Shown one piece after another: positions 20,116 to 29,699 of a stretch of 64,000 nucleotides of DNA. Made by a program: the position numbers and the translations under genes. How positions within the stretch are numbered: the stretch's first letter is position 1; each line of letters begins with the position of its first letter. The notes beneath the pieces were generated by a model. That model did not search any database and was not told where the DNA came from. It saw only the letters and a list, made by a program, of their open reading frames with translations. Origin of the DNA: Archaeoglobaceae archaeon (lineage in GTDB: Archaea > Halobacteriota > Archaeoglobi > Archaeoglobales > Archaeoglobaceae); the NCBI GenBank assembly GCA_025058735.1, contig JANXDX010000003.1, forward strand, positions 69,796 through 133,795, written 5' to 3'.

Positions 20116-20752
20116 ACGATCACCTTTGAAAACTCTTTTTAATTCAAGCAAATCAGAATAAAACGTTTTTGGTTCGAAAACAGATCAGTTTTAATTGTAA
20201 GATTTAAAAGACATTAAGGATTTACAGTAAATCTCTAAATCGATGTAAGTTGTTTGTAATACTATTAAAAAGCTGTAGAGTTGAAATGAGAGAAATCTAA
20301 CATGTTAGAACTTACTTTACAGAAAGTTTGAAAATTTTACAAATTTACAGAGAATTTAGAGAAATAAAAAAGTTAATACTGAAAGATAATATAATTTAAT
20401 AAATAAAATTTTATTATATAGTCTGATCTTTTTTATTCTATTAAAAGTTTGACAGTTTATAAAAATCTGACTCTAACAAACTAAAATAATATTTTGAAGA
20501 TTTTTTAGAGTTTTCAGAAGTAGAGACAAAAAGTAAGTTTTAAATCTAAAATAGCTTTTAAAATAGTAGTTACATGACACTTTCTAAAATTACAAGTACT
20601 GCTTTGTAAAGATGTAATAAAAGATTAAAATCATCCAAATATTTAAATAGTACTATGGTAAAGTTAGATAATGTCTCTGCAACAAGTACGTACTTTCCAA
20701 CGAAGACAATTAAATTATCGGCAAGAAATAAAACTGAATTGGAGGGATAGAT

Positions 20753-21319
20753 ATGGTTCTTACAGCTGATTTTCGTACAAATTTGGGGAGAATGATCTTA
20801 GCTATAGGTTCTTTACAGTTCATTGTTGCAATGCTGATAGCTGAACAACTATATCCTAACTACAATCCACTTGTAAATTATATAAGTGATCTAGGTGCTT
20901 TAAAGGCACCAACTGCACTTCTCTTTAATACAAGCGTTTTTTTACTAGGATTGTTAGGCTTTGTAGCTGCTATACTGTTAAAGAAAGAGATAGGAGTAAG
21001 TCTAATCTTTTTAATACTTGCATCCGTAGGCTCGATGGGTGTTGGACTATTTCCAGAAGACTACCCTCTACCTCACATAGTTTCTGCACTCATGGCGTTT
21101 TTGTTTGGTGCAGTAGCTACTATTGGAATAGGAAGGAAGATCGGCAAATTTTACAAGCCATTTGGTACAGTATTAGGTAGTATATCACTGATCGCACTCA
21201 TCCTTTTCGTATTAAGAGTTGAGACACCGTTAGGTATAGGAGGAATGGAAAGACTTATCGCTTATCCCGTTCTAATATTTTTCATAGTTTATGGATTAGG
21301 TGCTATGAAAGCACGCTAG
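20753..21319 (+). CDS. DUF998-like integral membrane protein
   Basis: Six hydrophobic segments, with N-terminal ...AEQLYPNYNPLVNYISDLGA typical of DUF998. GGAGGG lies upstream of the ATG. Confidence 0.45.
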   Translation: MVLTADFRTNLGRMILAIGSLQFIVAMLIAEQLYPNYNPLVNYISDLGALKAPTALLFNTSVFLLGLLGFVAAILLKKEIGVSLIFLILASVGSMGVGLFPEDYPLPHIVSALMAFLFGAVATIGIGRKIGKFYKPFGTVLGSISLIALILFVLRVETPLGIGGMERLIAYPVLIFFIVYGLGAMKAR

Positions 21320-21512
21320 AGTTGAAAGATTTTGTTTCTTTTTGTTGATTCATTTTTCTGATAATTTTTAACCAAGTATATCTAACTATTCTCTGATTAA
21401 GAAAGCAAATTGTTTTTAAGGTTCTAGATAACTTAAATTTTAATTCTTGATTCAAAGTAATTTCTAAATTAAAAGAATAAAACTGAAAAATTTTACACCG
21501 ACTTCGTTCAGA

Positions 21513-22601
21513 TCAAGCAGCCCTAATTTCGATCATTATGTTGTTTATCTTCTCTCTCAACTCATCACTCAGTGAAGGCTCGAACCACATCTTCTTGATC
21601 AGATCTTCTGGTGGATAAACTACAGGATTTTTGAAAAGTTCTGCTAGAGATTCCTCAACTAGTTCTCTTTTCAACGGGTTTGCATAGTAAATTTCTAGAG
21701 AATTTCTTGAAGCAACGTTTGGATCTAACAAGAAGTTTATGAACTCGTGAGCAGCGTCGATGTTTTTAGCATCCAAAGGAATACAGATACTGTCAGTCCA
21801 AATAGTCCCTCCCTCTTCTGGAATCCCAAAGTTCACCCCCTCAAATTCTTCCATTAGTCTAGCTATATCTCCACTGTAAGCTTGAGAAACCCATATACTT
21901 CCTTTCTTCAAACCTTCAAAGTATATACTAGCTCCTCCGTAAGTTGCTAAATAAGGTTTCTGTCTTAAAAGAACTTCTCTAACTTCTTCTAAAGTTTTAT
22001 CACTCCAATCTTCAGGATCTTTTCCTAAATAAGCTTTTGCGAAACAAAAAACTTCTGTAGCTTCTTCAAGCATTGTTATCTTTTTTCTGTACTTTGGAAG
22101 AAAACCGTAATCAGGATCGAATATCTGCTTAAGTGTAGTAACTCCCTCTTCAACCTCATGTCTCCAAGCGAATCCCGTACTTCCCCACATGTAAACAACG
22201 CTGTACTTTCCCTCAGGATCGTAAGACGGATACCTGAATTTTTCATCTACGTTTTTTATGTTTGGAACTTTTTTCCAATCTATTTCCTTCAAAAGACGTT
22301 TTCTTACAGCGATATCTACACAGTAAGCTGGTAAAATTATCACATCGTAACCTGTCCTTCCAGCTAAGAGTTTCGTCAAAACTACACTCGGATCGTCGTA
22401 TTCATCGTAAACGATCTTGTCTCTTGGAATTCCGCTGATCTTAGCAAACTCATCCAACAAGGGTTCGTGTATATAATAAGACCAATTACAAATTTTCAAC
22501 TCTCTTTCTTCTCTTCTTTCAAAGGCTGCGCAACCAGTAAAAGTTACAGCCAATCCTATTGCAGCTAGTTTTAGAAACCTTCTTCTGTTTTCGTTAATCA
22601 T
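21513..22601 (-). CDS. potD: Spermidine/putrescine ABC transporter substrate-binding lipoprotein with a twin-arginine signal
   Basis: PotD/PotF-like body. The N-terminus NRRRFLKLAAIGLAVTFTGC combines a Tat motif with a lipobox Cys. Confidence 0.8.
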   Translation of the reverse strand: MINENRRRFLKLAAIGLAVTFTGCAAFERREERELKICNWSYYIHEPLLDEFAKISGIPRDKIVYDEYDDPSVVLTKLLAGRTGYDVIILPAYCVDIAVRKRLLKEIDWKKVPNIKNVDEKFRYPSYDPEGKYSVVYMWGSTGFAWRHEVEEGVTTLKQIFDPDYGFLPKYRKKITMLEEATEVFCFAKAYLGKDPEDWSDKTLEEVREVLLRQKPYLATYGGASIYFEGLKKGSIWVSQAYSGDIARLMEEFEGVNFGIPEEGGTIWTDSICIPLDAKNIDAAHEFINFLLDPNVASRNSLEIYYANPLKRELVEESLAELFKNPVVYPPEDLIKKMWFEPSLSDELREKINNIMIEIRAA

Positions 22602-22690
22602 AGAGAAAGTTTTGTATCTTTTTAAAAATTTTTTCTAAGAAAAGACGATCGTATTACTTTTAACAAAAAATAATATAAAAATAAATTAAA

Positions 22691-23416
22691 TTAAGTTTTT
22701 CTACTCAACCTAACGTAGAGGTACGCCATTAAAAGAGAGACCAGAAGTACAAGAGAAGTTAGAGCATTTAAAGATGGACTTACTACACCTCTAGCTGCTT
22801 GAGCCCAAATTATCAGTGGAAGTGTTTGAAAACCTGGACCTGTTGTAAAGGCTGTTTTTATGAAGTTATCCCAAGACAGTGTAAAGGCTATCAAAGCTGC
22901 AGCTACTATTCCCGGCATCGAAAGTGGAAGTGTAACTTTAAGAAAAGTTTGAACTTCGTTTGCTCCAAGTGTTAGAGATGCATCTTCTAAAGATCTTTGA
23001 AAACCTTCCAGTCTAGCTCTCACAATTACATAAACAAAAGCTACGTTGAAAGCTGTATGGCCTAAAAGAACTGAATAAAAACCCATGGGAAAAGATAGTA
23101 AGTTGTAAAAGAGGAGGAGCGATAAAGCTTCCGTTATTTCTGGTATTATTATAGGTGTATAAAAGAGAGATTCCGATCGCATTTTGTATCTCACAAAAGA
23201 GTAAGCTGCAAGAGTTCCTAAGATGACTGAGATTGCTGTAGAGATCAAAGCTAAAGTTAAGCTGTTGTAAAAAGCTACAATGATAGCTTTGCTTTGGAAA
23301 AGCTGCTCGTACCATTTCAAAGTAAAACCTTTAACATCGAAGAACGACGCAACAATTACGTAGAAAATTGGTAAGTACAAGAAAATGAACACCGAAGCTA
23401 CAAAAAACTTGATCAT
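22691..23416 (-). CDS. potC: Polyamine ABC transporter permease
   Basis: Six TM helices with an EAA-type loop (EDASLTLGANEVQTFLKVTLPL). ATGA overlap with potB. Confidence 0.8.
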   Translation of the reverse strand: MIKFFVASVFIFLYLPIFYVIVASFFDVKGFTLKWYEQLFQSKAIIVAFYNSLTLALISTAISVILGTLAAYSFVRYKMRSESLFYTPIIIPEITEALSLLLFYNLLSFPMGFYSVLLGHTAFNVAFVYVIVRARLEGFQRSLEDASLTLGANEVQTFLKVTLPLSMPGIVAAALIAFTLSWDNFIKTAFTTGPGFQTLPLIIWAQAARGVVSPSLNALTSLVLLVSLLMAYLYVRLSRKT

Positions 23417-24156
23417 AGCTCCAACTTCCCGGCTCTTTTAATGTAGAGGTACAATGAAAAGAAGACGATGGCTATGTAGATAACTGAGAGAGCTGATCCT
23501 CTCCACCAATCGTGGTACCTTAAAAATAGATCCCACGTCAGAGTTCCAACAGTTGCTACAGTTCCTCCAAGCATCGCCGGAACTACGAATTCTCCAAGAG
23601 ATGGGACGAAAACTAAAATTACTCCTGCAACAATTCCAGGTTTAGATAAAGGTAAAGTTACTTTTAGAAATGTTTTTAAAGGTGTTGCACCGAAAGCATA
23701 GGATGCTTCTAGCTGAGATCGGTTTATTTTTTCCAAAGAAGCGTAGAGAGGTAGTATCATGAAAGGTAAATAGTCGTATACCATCCCTATTATTACTGCT
23801 TGGAAGGTAAACATCATGCCAAGGGGTGATAGGATTGTCATTAGAGCGTAAGTTCTTAGCAAAAAATTGATCCAAAACGGTAATATTACAAGCATTAAAA
23901 GTAAGTTCTTCTTCTCAGATTTCAAAGCGATGTAGTATGCTACTGGATACGCTAGTATTAAGCATATAACTGTTGTTAGAGCTGCGATGAGTAAAGAGTT
24001 TAGAAAAACCTTTAAAAAAATGGGGTTTGTTACAATCTCGTAGTTTCCTACTGTAAATTCGTTTGGAAATCCAAAGCTGTAAAATATTACTATTAGGAAT
24101 GGTAGATAGAAGAGTACTAGTAAGTAAGCTATTGCGGGTAAGCTCAAAAACCTCAT
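23413..24156 (-). CDS. potB: Polyamine ABC transporter permease
   Basis: Six TM helices with an EAA-type loop (EASYAFGATPLKTFLKVTLPL). Overlaps the potA stop. Confidence 0.8.
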   Translation of the reverse strand: MRFLSLPAIAYLLVLFYLPFLIVIFYSFGFPNEFTVGNYEIVTNPIFLKVFLNSLLIAALTTVICLILAYPVAYYIALKSEKKNLLLMLVILPFWINFLLRTYALMTILSPLGMMFTFQAVIIGMVYDYLPFMILPLYASLEKINRSQLEASYAFGATPLKTFLKVTLPLSKPGIVAGVILVFVPSLGEFVVPAMLGGTVATVGTLTWDLFLRYHDWWRGSALSVIYIAIVFFSLYLYIKRAGKLEL

Positions 24157-25211
24157 GTGAAAGTTAAAACGTCTTCTTCTCTGAATCCTAACAAAACTTC
24201 TTCACCTTCGCGAACTTTGATCGTAGAAGGTTGAAGAGATTTGATTATAAAACCATTTATATTTATTTTAACAGAAATTTGACTTCCAAGGTAAGTAACT
24301 TCGTCTACTCTTCCCCTAAACACGTTTCTCGTGTTCTTTGGGTCGATCACAACTTTCTCAGGTCTCAAAGCGAGCAAGATCTTATCTGCTCCATTCGAAT
24401 CTCTCAACTTTATTGGTCCTATTTCACTCAAAAAATATTCTCCTTCTCTTTTTGCTTGAATAAAGTTCATCTCTCCTATAAATTCTGCTACAAATTTTGT
24501 TTTTGGTTTTTCATAGATCTCAACTGGTGTACCGATCTGTTCAACCTTTCCACAGTTTATTACAGCTATGCGGTCTGAAAGGATCAAAGCTTCAGTTTGA
24601 TCATGCGTTACGTAGACAAAAGTCGTCCCAACCTTTCTCTGAATCCTTTTCAATTCAGAGATCATGTGCTGCCTCAACTTTAGATCCAAAGATCCTAGAG
24701 GTTCATCGAGTAAAAGGATCGACGGTTCTATTGCTAGAGCTCTAGCTATGGCAACTCTTTGCTGTTGTCCTCCACTCAACTGGGAAATTTTTCTTTTTGC
24801 AAAAACTTCAGGATCTAGGTTAACTGTATAAAGACACTCGTAAACTTTCTCTTTTATCTCCTTTTCAGGTAATTTTCTGATCCTTAGACCATAAGCTACA
24901 TTTTCGAAAACGTTCAGATGTGGAAATAGAGCTAGATCTTGGAAAACAACTCCAACGTTTCTCTTGTAAGGTGGCAAGAATGTGCAGTCCCTGTCGTACA
25001 TGTATACTTTACCAGAGTCTGGATATAATAATCCTGCTATAATTTTTAACAACGTTGTTTTTCCAGAGCCACTTGGACCCAAGATAGAGAAGAAGTCACC
25101 CTCCATTATACTTAAATTTATGTCAGTCAAGACGCAGAAATTTCCATATTTTTTGCAAACATTCACAAGTTCCACAGCCGTCTTGACCATTCTATACGGA
25201 ATGAGTTTCAT
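24153..25211 (-). CDS. potA: Polyamine ABC transporter ATP-binding protein
   Basis: Walker A GPSGSGKTT, signature LSGGQQQRVA, Walker B LLLDEP and a C-terminal TOBE-like domain. Confidence 0.9.
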   Translation of the reverse strand: MKLIPYRMVKTAVELVNVCKKYGNFCVLTDINLSIMEGDFFSILGPSGSGKTTLLKIIAGLLYPDSGKVYMYDRDCTFLPPYKRNVGVVFQDLALFPHLNVFENVAYGLRIRKLPEKEIKEKVYECLYTVNLDPEVFAKRKISQLSGGQQQRVAIARALAIEPSILLLDEPLGSLDLKLRQHMISELKRIQRKVGTTFVYVTHDQTEALILSDRIAVINCGKVEQIGTPVEIYEKPKTKFVAEFIGEMNFIQAKREGEYFLSEIGPIKLRDSNGADKILLALRPEKVVIDPKNTRNVFRGRVDEVTYLGSQISVKININGFIIKSLQPSTIKVREGEEVLLGFREEDVLTFT

Positions 25212-25371
25212 AGTTTAAAAAGTTTACGTTAATTGATTAACTTTTAGAAAATCTTATAAGAAATTTTTGTCCAATTGTTCAAAGCTTTTATCAAATCTCT
25301 AAAATTTTATTATAAATTAAATATTATTATAATTCTTTCCCTAAAATTTTTTTCTAGCTAAAAAAGTTTTT

Positions 25372-26238
25372 TTGTGCTGCAGACTTTTCATTCTTGTGGA
25401 GACTTTAAAAGTTTTGGATGCAATTAGAAGGAAGATCCTAAAAATAATCGTAATTTTCATACTTTTTAGCAGTATATCTTTCGCCTTTTTATCGAACCAA
25501 ATAGTTCACAGGATGATCGAAGATCTTTATCCTTCAGAAGCTATCATACAAGATAAAGAAAGACTTCTAATTGTAAGCAAAGAGCTTTTAGTTATAAGTG
25601 AAGATCTTAGAAATTATGCTACATATCCAAGCGAAGAGAACAGAACTTTAGCTCTGAATGCTGCAAAAAATTTAACTAGGATCTCTTCATATCTAATGAC
25701 TTCTCCAATTCTCAAATCACCTTTGGAAGCTTTACTTCTAAACCTAAAAATTTCGGCAATATTTGGGGTACTTGCAACTCTACCTTACGTATTGAAAATC
25801 GTCCACGGCTCTCTTAAAGAAAGGTTTAATAATGTTTCTTTAGCAAAGTACAGTTTACTTGGATTTTTTTTGTTTTTGTTGGGTATAATTTACGGCTATT
25901 ACATGATGAAGTTCTTTCTAAACTTTTTATATTCTTTAGCAGTTCAACAAGGAGCAGTTCCACTCTACGGTCTTTCGGAATTTGTAAACTTCGTCTTTCT
26001 AATGATCTTACTCTTTGGCTTTGTCTTTGAGTTGCCGGTTCTCATGTTCTTCTTAGTTAAAAATAAATTTGTTAAGTACGAAACTCTAGTACACTATAGA
26101 AGGCATCTCTACGTACTCTTCTTTGTAATAGGAGCTATATTAACTCCACCGGATGTATTTACTCAACTGATGGTTGCAATTCCGCTAGTCGTGTTTTTTG
26201 AAATAAGTCTCTTAGTGATCAAAGTTGCTGTTCGCTAG
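25372..26238 (+). CDS. tatC: Sec-independent (Tat) translocase subunit TatC
   Basis: Six TM helices and LTPPDVFTQ. There is no in-frame ATG near the 5' end, so the start is TTG 25372 or more likely GTG 25396 (VETLKVLDAIRRKI). The first extracytoplasmic loop is unusually long. Confidence 0.8.
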   Translation: MCCRLFILVETLKVLDAIRRKILKIIVIFILFSSISFAFLSNQIVHRMIEDLYPSEAIIQDKERLLIVSKELLVISEDLRNYATYPSEENRTLALNAAKNLTRISSYLMTSPILKSPLEALLLNLKISAIFGVLATLPYVLKIVHGSLKERFNNVSLAKYSLLGFFLFLLGIIYGYYMMKFFLNFLYSLAVQQGAVPLYGLSEFVNFVFLMILLFGFVFELPVLMFFLVKNKFVKYETLVHYRRHLYVLFFVIGAILTPPDVFTQLMVAIPLVVFFEISLLVIKVAVR

Positions 26239-26292
26239 TTCATATAAACAATTTGTGTAATCGGTAGTTATTTCTGTCCTGCAAGTTTTTCC

Positions 26293-26925
26293 ATGGATCT
26301 GCATTCACACACGATCTTGAGCGACGGAGAACTATTGCCGAGTGAGTTACTTAGAAGAGTTGCTAACAAAAAACTGGAATTTTGTGCAATAACAGACCAT
26401 GTAGATTTTTCAAATGTTTCAGAAATTCTTTCAAAACTTTTAAAAGTAAAAGAATTACAAGAACACTACGAAGTTGACTTTTTAGTTGGAGTAGAGATAA
26501 CTCACGTTCCTCCAAAGTTGATAAATAGAATTGCAGAAATAGCTTGGAAAGAGGGTGCAGAGATAGTTCTAGTTCATGGAGAGACCATAGTCGAACCAGT
26601 AGCTGAGGGAACAAACAGTGCTGCTTTGGAAAGCGAAATAAACATCTTAGCCCACCCAGGATTAATAAAACTTGAAGATGCTGAATTAGCTGCATCAAAC
26701 AATATTTTTTTAGAAATATCTGCAAGAAAAGGCCACTGTTTAACCAATGGATATGTAGCTAAGATAGCTGATGAAGTTGGAGCTAAACTAGTTTTTGGAA
26801 GCGATGCACATGCACCTTCGGACCTTTTGAACAAAGAAGATGTGATAAAGGTTGTAAAAGGTTGCGGAACAAATCAAAACATAATTTCCAATACAAGGAA
26901 ATTATTCAAAGAGCTCAGGAAGTGA
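26293..26925 (+). CDS. PHP-domain metal-dependent phosphoesterase
   Basis: MDLHSHTILSDG, ITDHVD and GSDAH motifs of the PHP (polymerase and histidinol phosphatase) fold. Confidence 0.65.
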   Translation: MDLHSHTILSDGELLPSELLRRVANKKLEFCAITDHVDFSNVSEILSKLLKVKELQEHYEVDFLVGVEITHVPPKLINRIAEIAWKEGAEIVLVHGETIVEPVAEGTNSAALESEINILAHPGLIKLEDAELAASNNIFLEISARKGHCLTNGYVAKIADEVGAKLVFGSDAHAPSDLLNKEDVIKVVKGCGTNQNIISNTRKLFKELRK

Positions 26926-27777
26926 TCTTTTCAAAAGCTCAAAAGTCATAAAATCTACTACGTATTCCAATTTTCTTCTTTCTTCACTATCTTTAAAACC
27001 TGATAAAGCTCTCTTACTAACTTTGGAGTGTTTTTCAATAATCTCCAAAACTTTTTTTATAGCATCTTTTTTTCCAAAATTTTCTTCGTATATGTGTAAA
27101 ATCGTTCTAGATTCTTCTCCAGCTACTTTATCTTTCAAAGTGTTTGTATATTCTAAGAGGTCATCAACTATTTGATAAGCTAACCCCAAGTTTAGTCCGT
27201 ATTCGAACATTTTATCAGCATAATCTTTATTTTTACAAGCTATGTAACAAGAATTTTTTGCAGAATACGCAAAAAGAGCAGCTGTTTTCTTTTCTATGCA
27301 CTCGAAGTATTCTTTTTCGTTGATCTTTTCAGCTTTGCTATAAACATCCAAGATCTCTCCTTCACACATCCTCATACCTGCCCTTGCAAATTCACCTATG
27401 ATCTCTTCTCCATAGATCGACGTTAGTTCAACAGATTTCGATATCAACCAGTCTCCCAACAAAAGAGCTAGAGGAAGATTGTACTTTTTGTGTAAAGTTA
27501 TCCTGCTCCTCCTCCTCTCAGCTCTATCTATTATGTCATCGTGTATCAAGCTTGCAGTATGTATAAACTCGACTGCAAAAGCAAGGTTCAACAACTTGTT
27601 TAGATCTGAACCAAACATCTTTCCAGTTATCAAGACTATCAAAGGTCTTACTCTTTTTCCACCAGCTTCTACAATGTATTTCAAAGCATTTTTAATTTTT
27701 GGTGAAGCATCTACATTTTCGACAAACTTTCGAAGTTCATCTTCAAAGAACTTGTATTCGTTCCAAGATTCTATCAT
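26902..27777 (-). CDS. Polyprenyl (geranylgeranyl) diphosphate synthase
   Basis: First Asp-rich motif LIHDDIID and second QIVDDLLE, plus GKRVRP. Confidence 0.8.
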   Translation of the reverse strand: MIESWNEYKFFEDELRKFVENVDASPKIKNALKYIVEAGGKRVRPLIVLITGKMFGSDLNKLLNLAFAVEFIHTASLIHDDIIDRAERRRSRITLHKKYNLPLALLLGDWLISKSVELTSIYGEEIIGEFARAGMRMCEGEILDVYSKAEKINEKEYFECIEKKTAALFAYSAKNSCYIACKNKDYADKMFEYGLNLGLAYQIVDDLLEYTNTLKDKVAGEESRTILHIYEENFGKKDAIKKVLEIIEKHSKVSKRALSGFKDSEERRKLEYVVDFMTFELLKRSLPELFE

Positions 27778-27875
27778 TTTTACAGTGTTTGCGAGAATTT
27801 ATAATCGTTTCTAAAATGATCTAGTTAAACTTACAAATTTTTTTATTTTAAAAATAAAAATATTAAAAATAAAAA

Positions 27876-28685
27876 CTAAAGTTCAATAAAATTTTCAAAG
27901 TTCCTGGCTATTACACCCATTCTGTATCCTTCTGGATTAACAAAAATCTTTTTAAAACCTGTTTTCAATAAACTATTCTTAATTATCTCTCTTTTATCTA
28001 AAACTTTTCTTACTTCATCTTTTTCAACCTCGATCACTGCAAAATCCTCTATGCATCTAACTCTTACATTTTCAACTCCTGCAAACTTTATAACAAAATT
28101 TTCTGCCAAATCTATCATTTCAAGTTTTTCTGGAGTTATTTTGCTACCATATGGGATTCTAGTTGCTAAGCAAGAGAGAGGTGGATCGTTGTAAAATGAG
28201 AGTCCCATAGATCTAGCTAAACTTCTAACCTCTTCCTTGGTTATTCCAAATTTAGCCCACGGGCTAAAAGCTATCTTACATTCAAGAACTGCTCTATATC
28301 CAGGTCTATAGCTAAGTAGATCGCTTGCATTTGTTCCCTCAAAGATTGCATCGTAGTTTTCCTTGATTGCTAGATTTTCCAGCTTCTTAATTATAAATTT
28401 TTTGCAATAGTAGCATCTCAACTCCGAATTTTCAGCAAAGTTTTCTACCTGAAAAATATCTACGTCTAAAAACCTATGCTTAATACCAATTTCCTTAGAA
28501 ATTCTTATAGCTTTCTCTATTTCTCTACTAGGGTTTGTTTTCGATCTAACCGTAACTGCCAAAACTTCTACTATGTCTTTGCAAAAAGCTGAAAGAGTTG
28601 CACTGTCAACTCCTCCACTGAAAGCTATTATTACTCTATTGAATCTTGAAATAAATCTTTTAAGCATTTCAATTTTTTCCTGCAA
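27876..28685 (-). CDS. larE: LarE-family PP-loop ATP-dependent sulfur transferase
   Basis: PP-loop AFSGGVDS and LSCLATRIPYG (LarE Cys position), plus a CYYC pair as in the Fe-S-type LarE subgroup. Confidence 0.75.
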   Translation of the reverse strand: MQEKIEMLKRFISRFNRVIIAFSGGVDSATLSAFCKDIVEVLAVTVRSKTNPSREIEKAIRISKEIGIKHRFLDVDIFQVENFAENSELRCYYCKKFIIKKLENLAIKENYDAIFEGTNASDLLSYRPGYRAVLECKIAFSPWAKFGITKEEVRSLARSMGLSFYNDPPLSCLATRIPYGSKITPEKLEMIDLAENFVIKFAGVENVRVRCIEDFAVIEVEKDEVRKVLDKREIIKNSLLKTGFKKIFVNPEGYRMGVIARNFENFIEL

Positions 28686-28688
28686 CCT

Positions 28689-29453
28689 TTACACCTCAAA
28701 GGTCATGCGAAGTGAATTTCTTATTCCAGGTGCTAGGCCTAGAACTATTAAACAAAACTTCAAAAAGTTTTTGAGCTTTTCATCTTTTTCGAAGTCTAAA
28801 ATGTAGAGAACTGAAGCTAAAACTAAAAATTTCACTAAAGGTAAAACTTCACTTCCAAAGTTTTCTACTAAAAACCTTGGTAAAACGTGCAACTCCCAGT
28901 AGTTCAGGAATTTTATTCCAATGTAACTTGAAAAAGAATCGAGCATGTGAGAAAACATAACAACAAAACTCTTCTTTGTAACAAAACTAAAGACGTAGCT
29001 GACAAGGAAAGACATTGCCAAAGCTGCTGGAAATACCCAGTAATGAACTACTTTCAAGTTGCTAAAAAGAAAGATCAAAACCGCAGAAGATAATAGAACA
29101 CCAAGTAAGGTGCAAACCTTGTAATTTTTGAGTTTTATCGACAAAAGTAGAGATGGGAAAGCTACAAAAAACGTCAAAAAGTATATGAAAGGTGTCATCA
29201 AAAAATATGAGATCGGCGGATCTATGAAACCCGCATCTTCAACTATTCTTACAGACGAACCGAAAACTATGAAAGGTAGCATCGAAATTACAAACTCAGA
29301 TCTAAAATCTGTGCGTTTTTGTAGGAATTTGTAAAGAAAGTAAACTGCTAAAACTAAAATTAAAGCCCAGGTAAGTGTATTTACTATGTTGTAACCTTCT
29401 TTGTAAACGATCGAATCTATGTAGTACTTCTTTATGAATCCCCAGATATCCAT
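28689..29453 (-). CDS. DUF63-like archaeal integral membrane protein
   Basis: About 7 hydrophobic helices. The N-terminal ...YKEGYNIVNTLTWALIL and C-terminal GLAPGIRNSLR are remembered as DUF63 features. Its stop is 3 nt from the larE start. Confidence 0.45.
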   Translation of the reverse strand: MDIWGFIKKYYIDSIVYKEGYNIVNTLTWALILVLAVYFLYKFLQKRTDFRSEFVISMLPFIVFGSSVRIVEDAGFIDPPISYFLMTPFIYFLTFFVAFPSLLLSIKLKNYKVCTLLGVLLSSAVLIFLFSNLKVVHYWVFPAALAMSFLVSYVFSFVTKKSFVVMFSHMLDSFSSYIGIKFLNYWELHVLPRFLVENFGSEVLPLVKFLVLASVLYILDFEKDEKLKNFLKFCLIVLGLAPGIRNSLRMTFEV

Positions 29454-29514
29454 GTTGTAAGTACTTCAAGTGTAATAAACGTTTGTCTTATATTTCTTCT
29501 CCAAAACTGATGAC

Positions 29515-29697
29515 ATGCCAAAAAGAGCTGTAGTAGATCGAAGAAAATGCGCTTACTGCGGAGCTTGTGTTGCAGTTTGTAATTTCTATGCAAACGAACT
29601 AGTTGAAACTTATCTAGAGATCTACGAAAACTGTAACGGCTGCGGAATTTGTGTAAAAGTTTGTCCAGTTGAAGCTTTAAGGTTAGTGGAGGTTTAA
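29515..29697 (+). CDS. 2x[4Fe-4S] ferredoxin (partner of geranylgeranyl reductase)
   Basis: 60 aa with [11 protein letters not shown] and [12 protein letters not shown]. Its stop is 2 nt from the GGR start. Confidence 0.8.
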   Translation: MPKRAVVDRRKCAYCGACVAVCNFYANELVETYLEIYENCNGCGICVKVCPVEALRLVEV

Positions 29698-29699
29698 AG

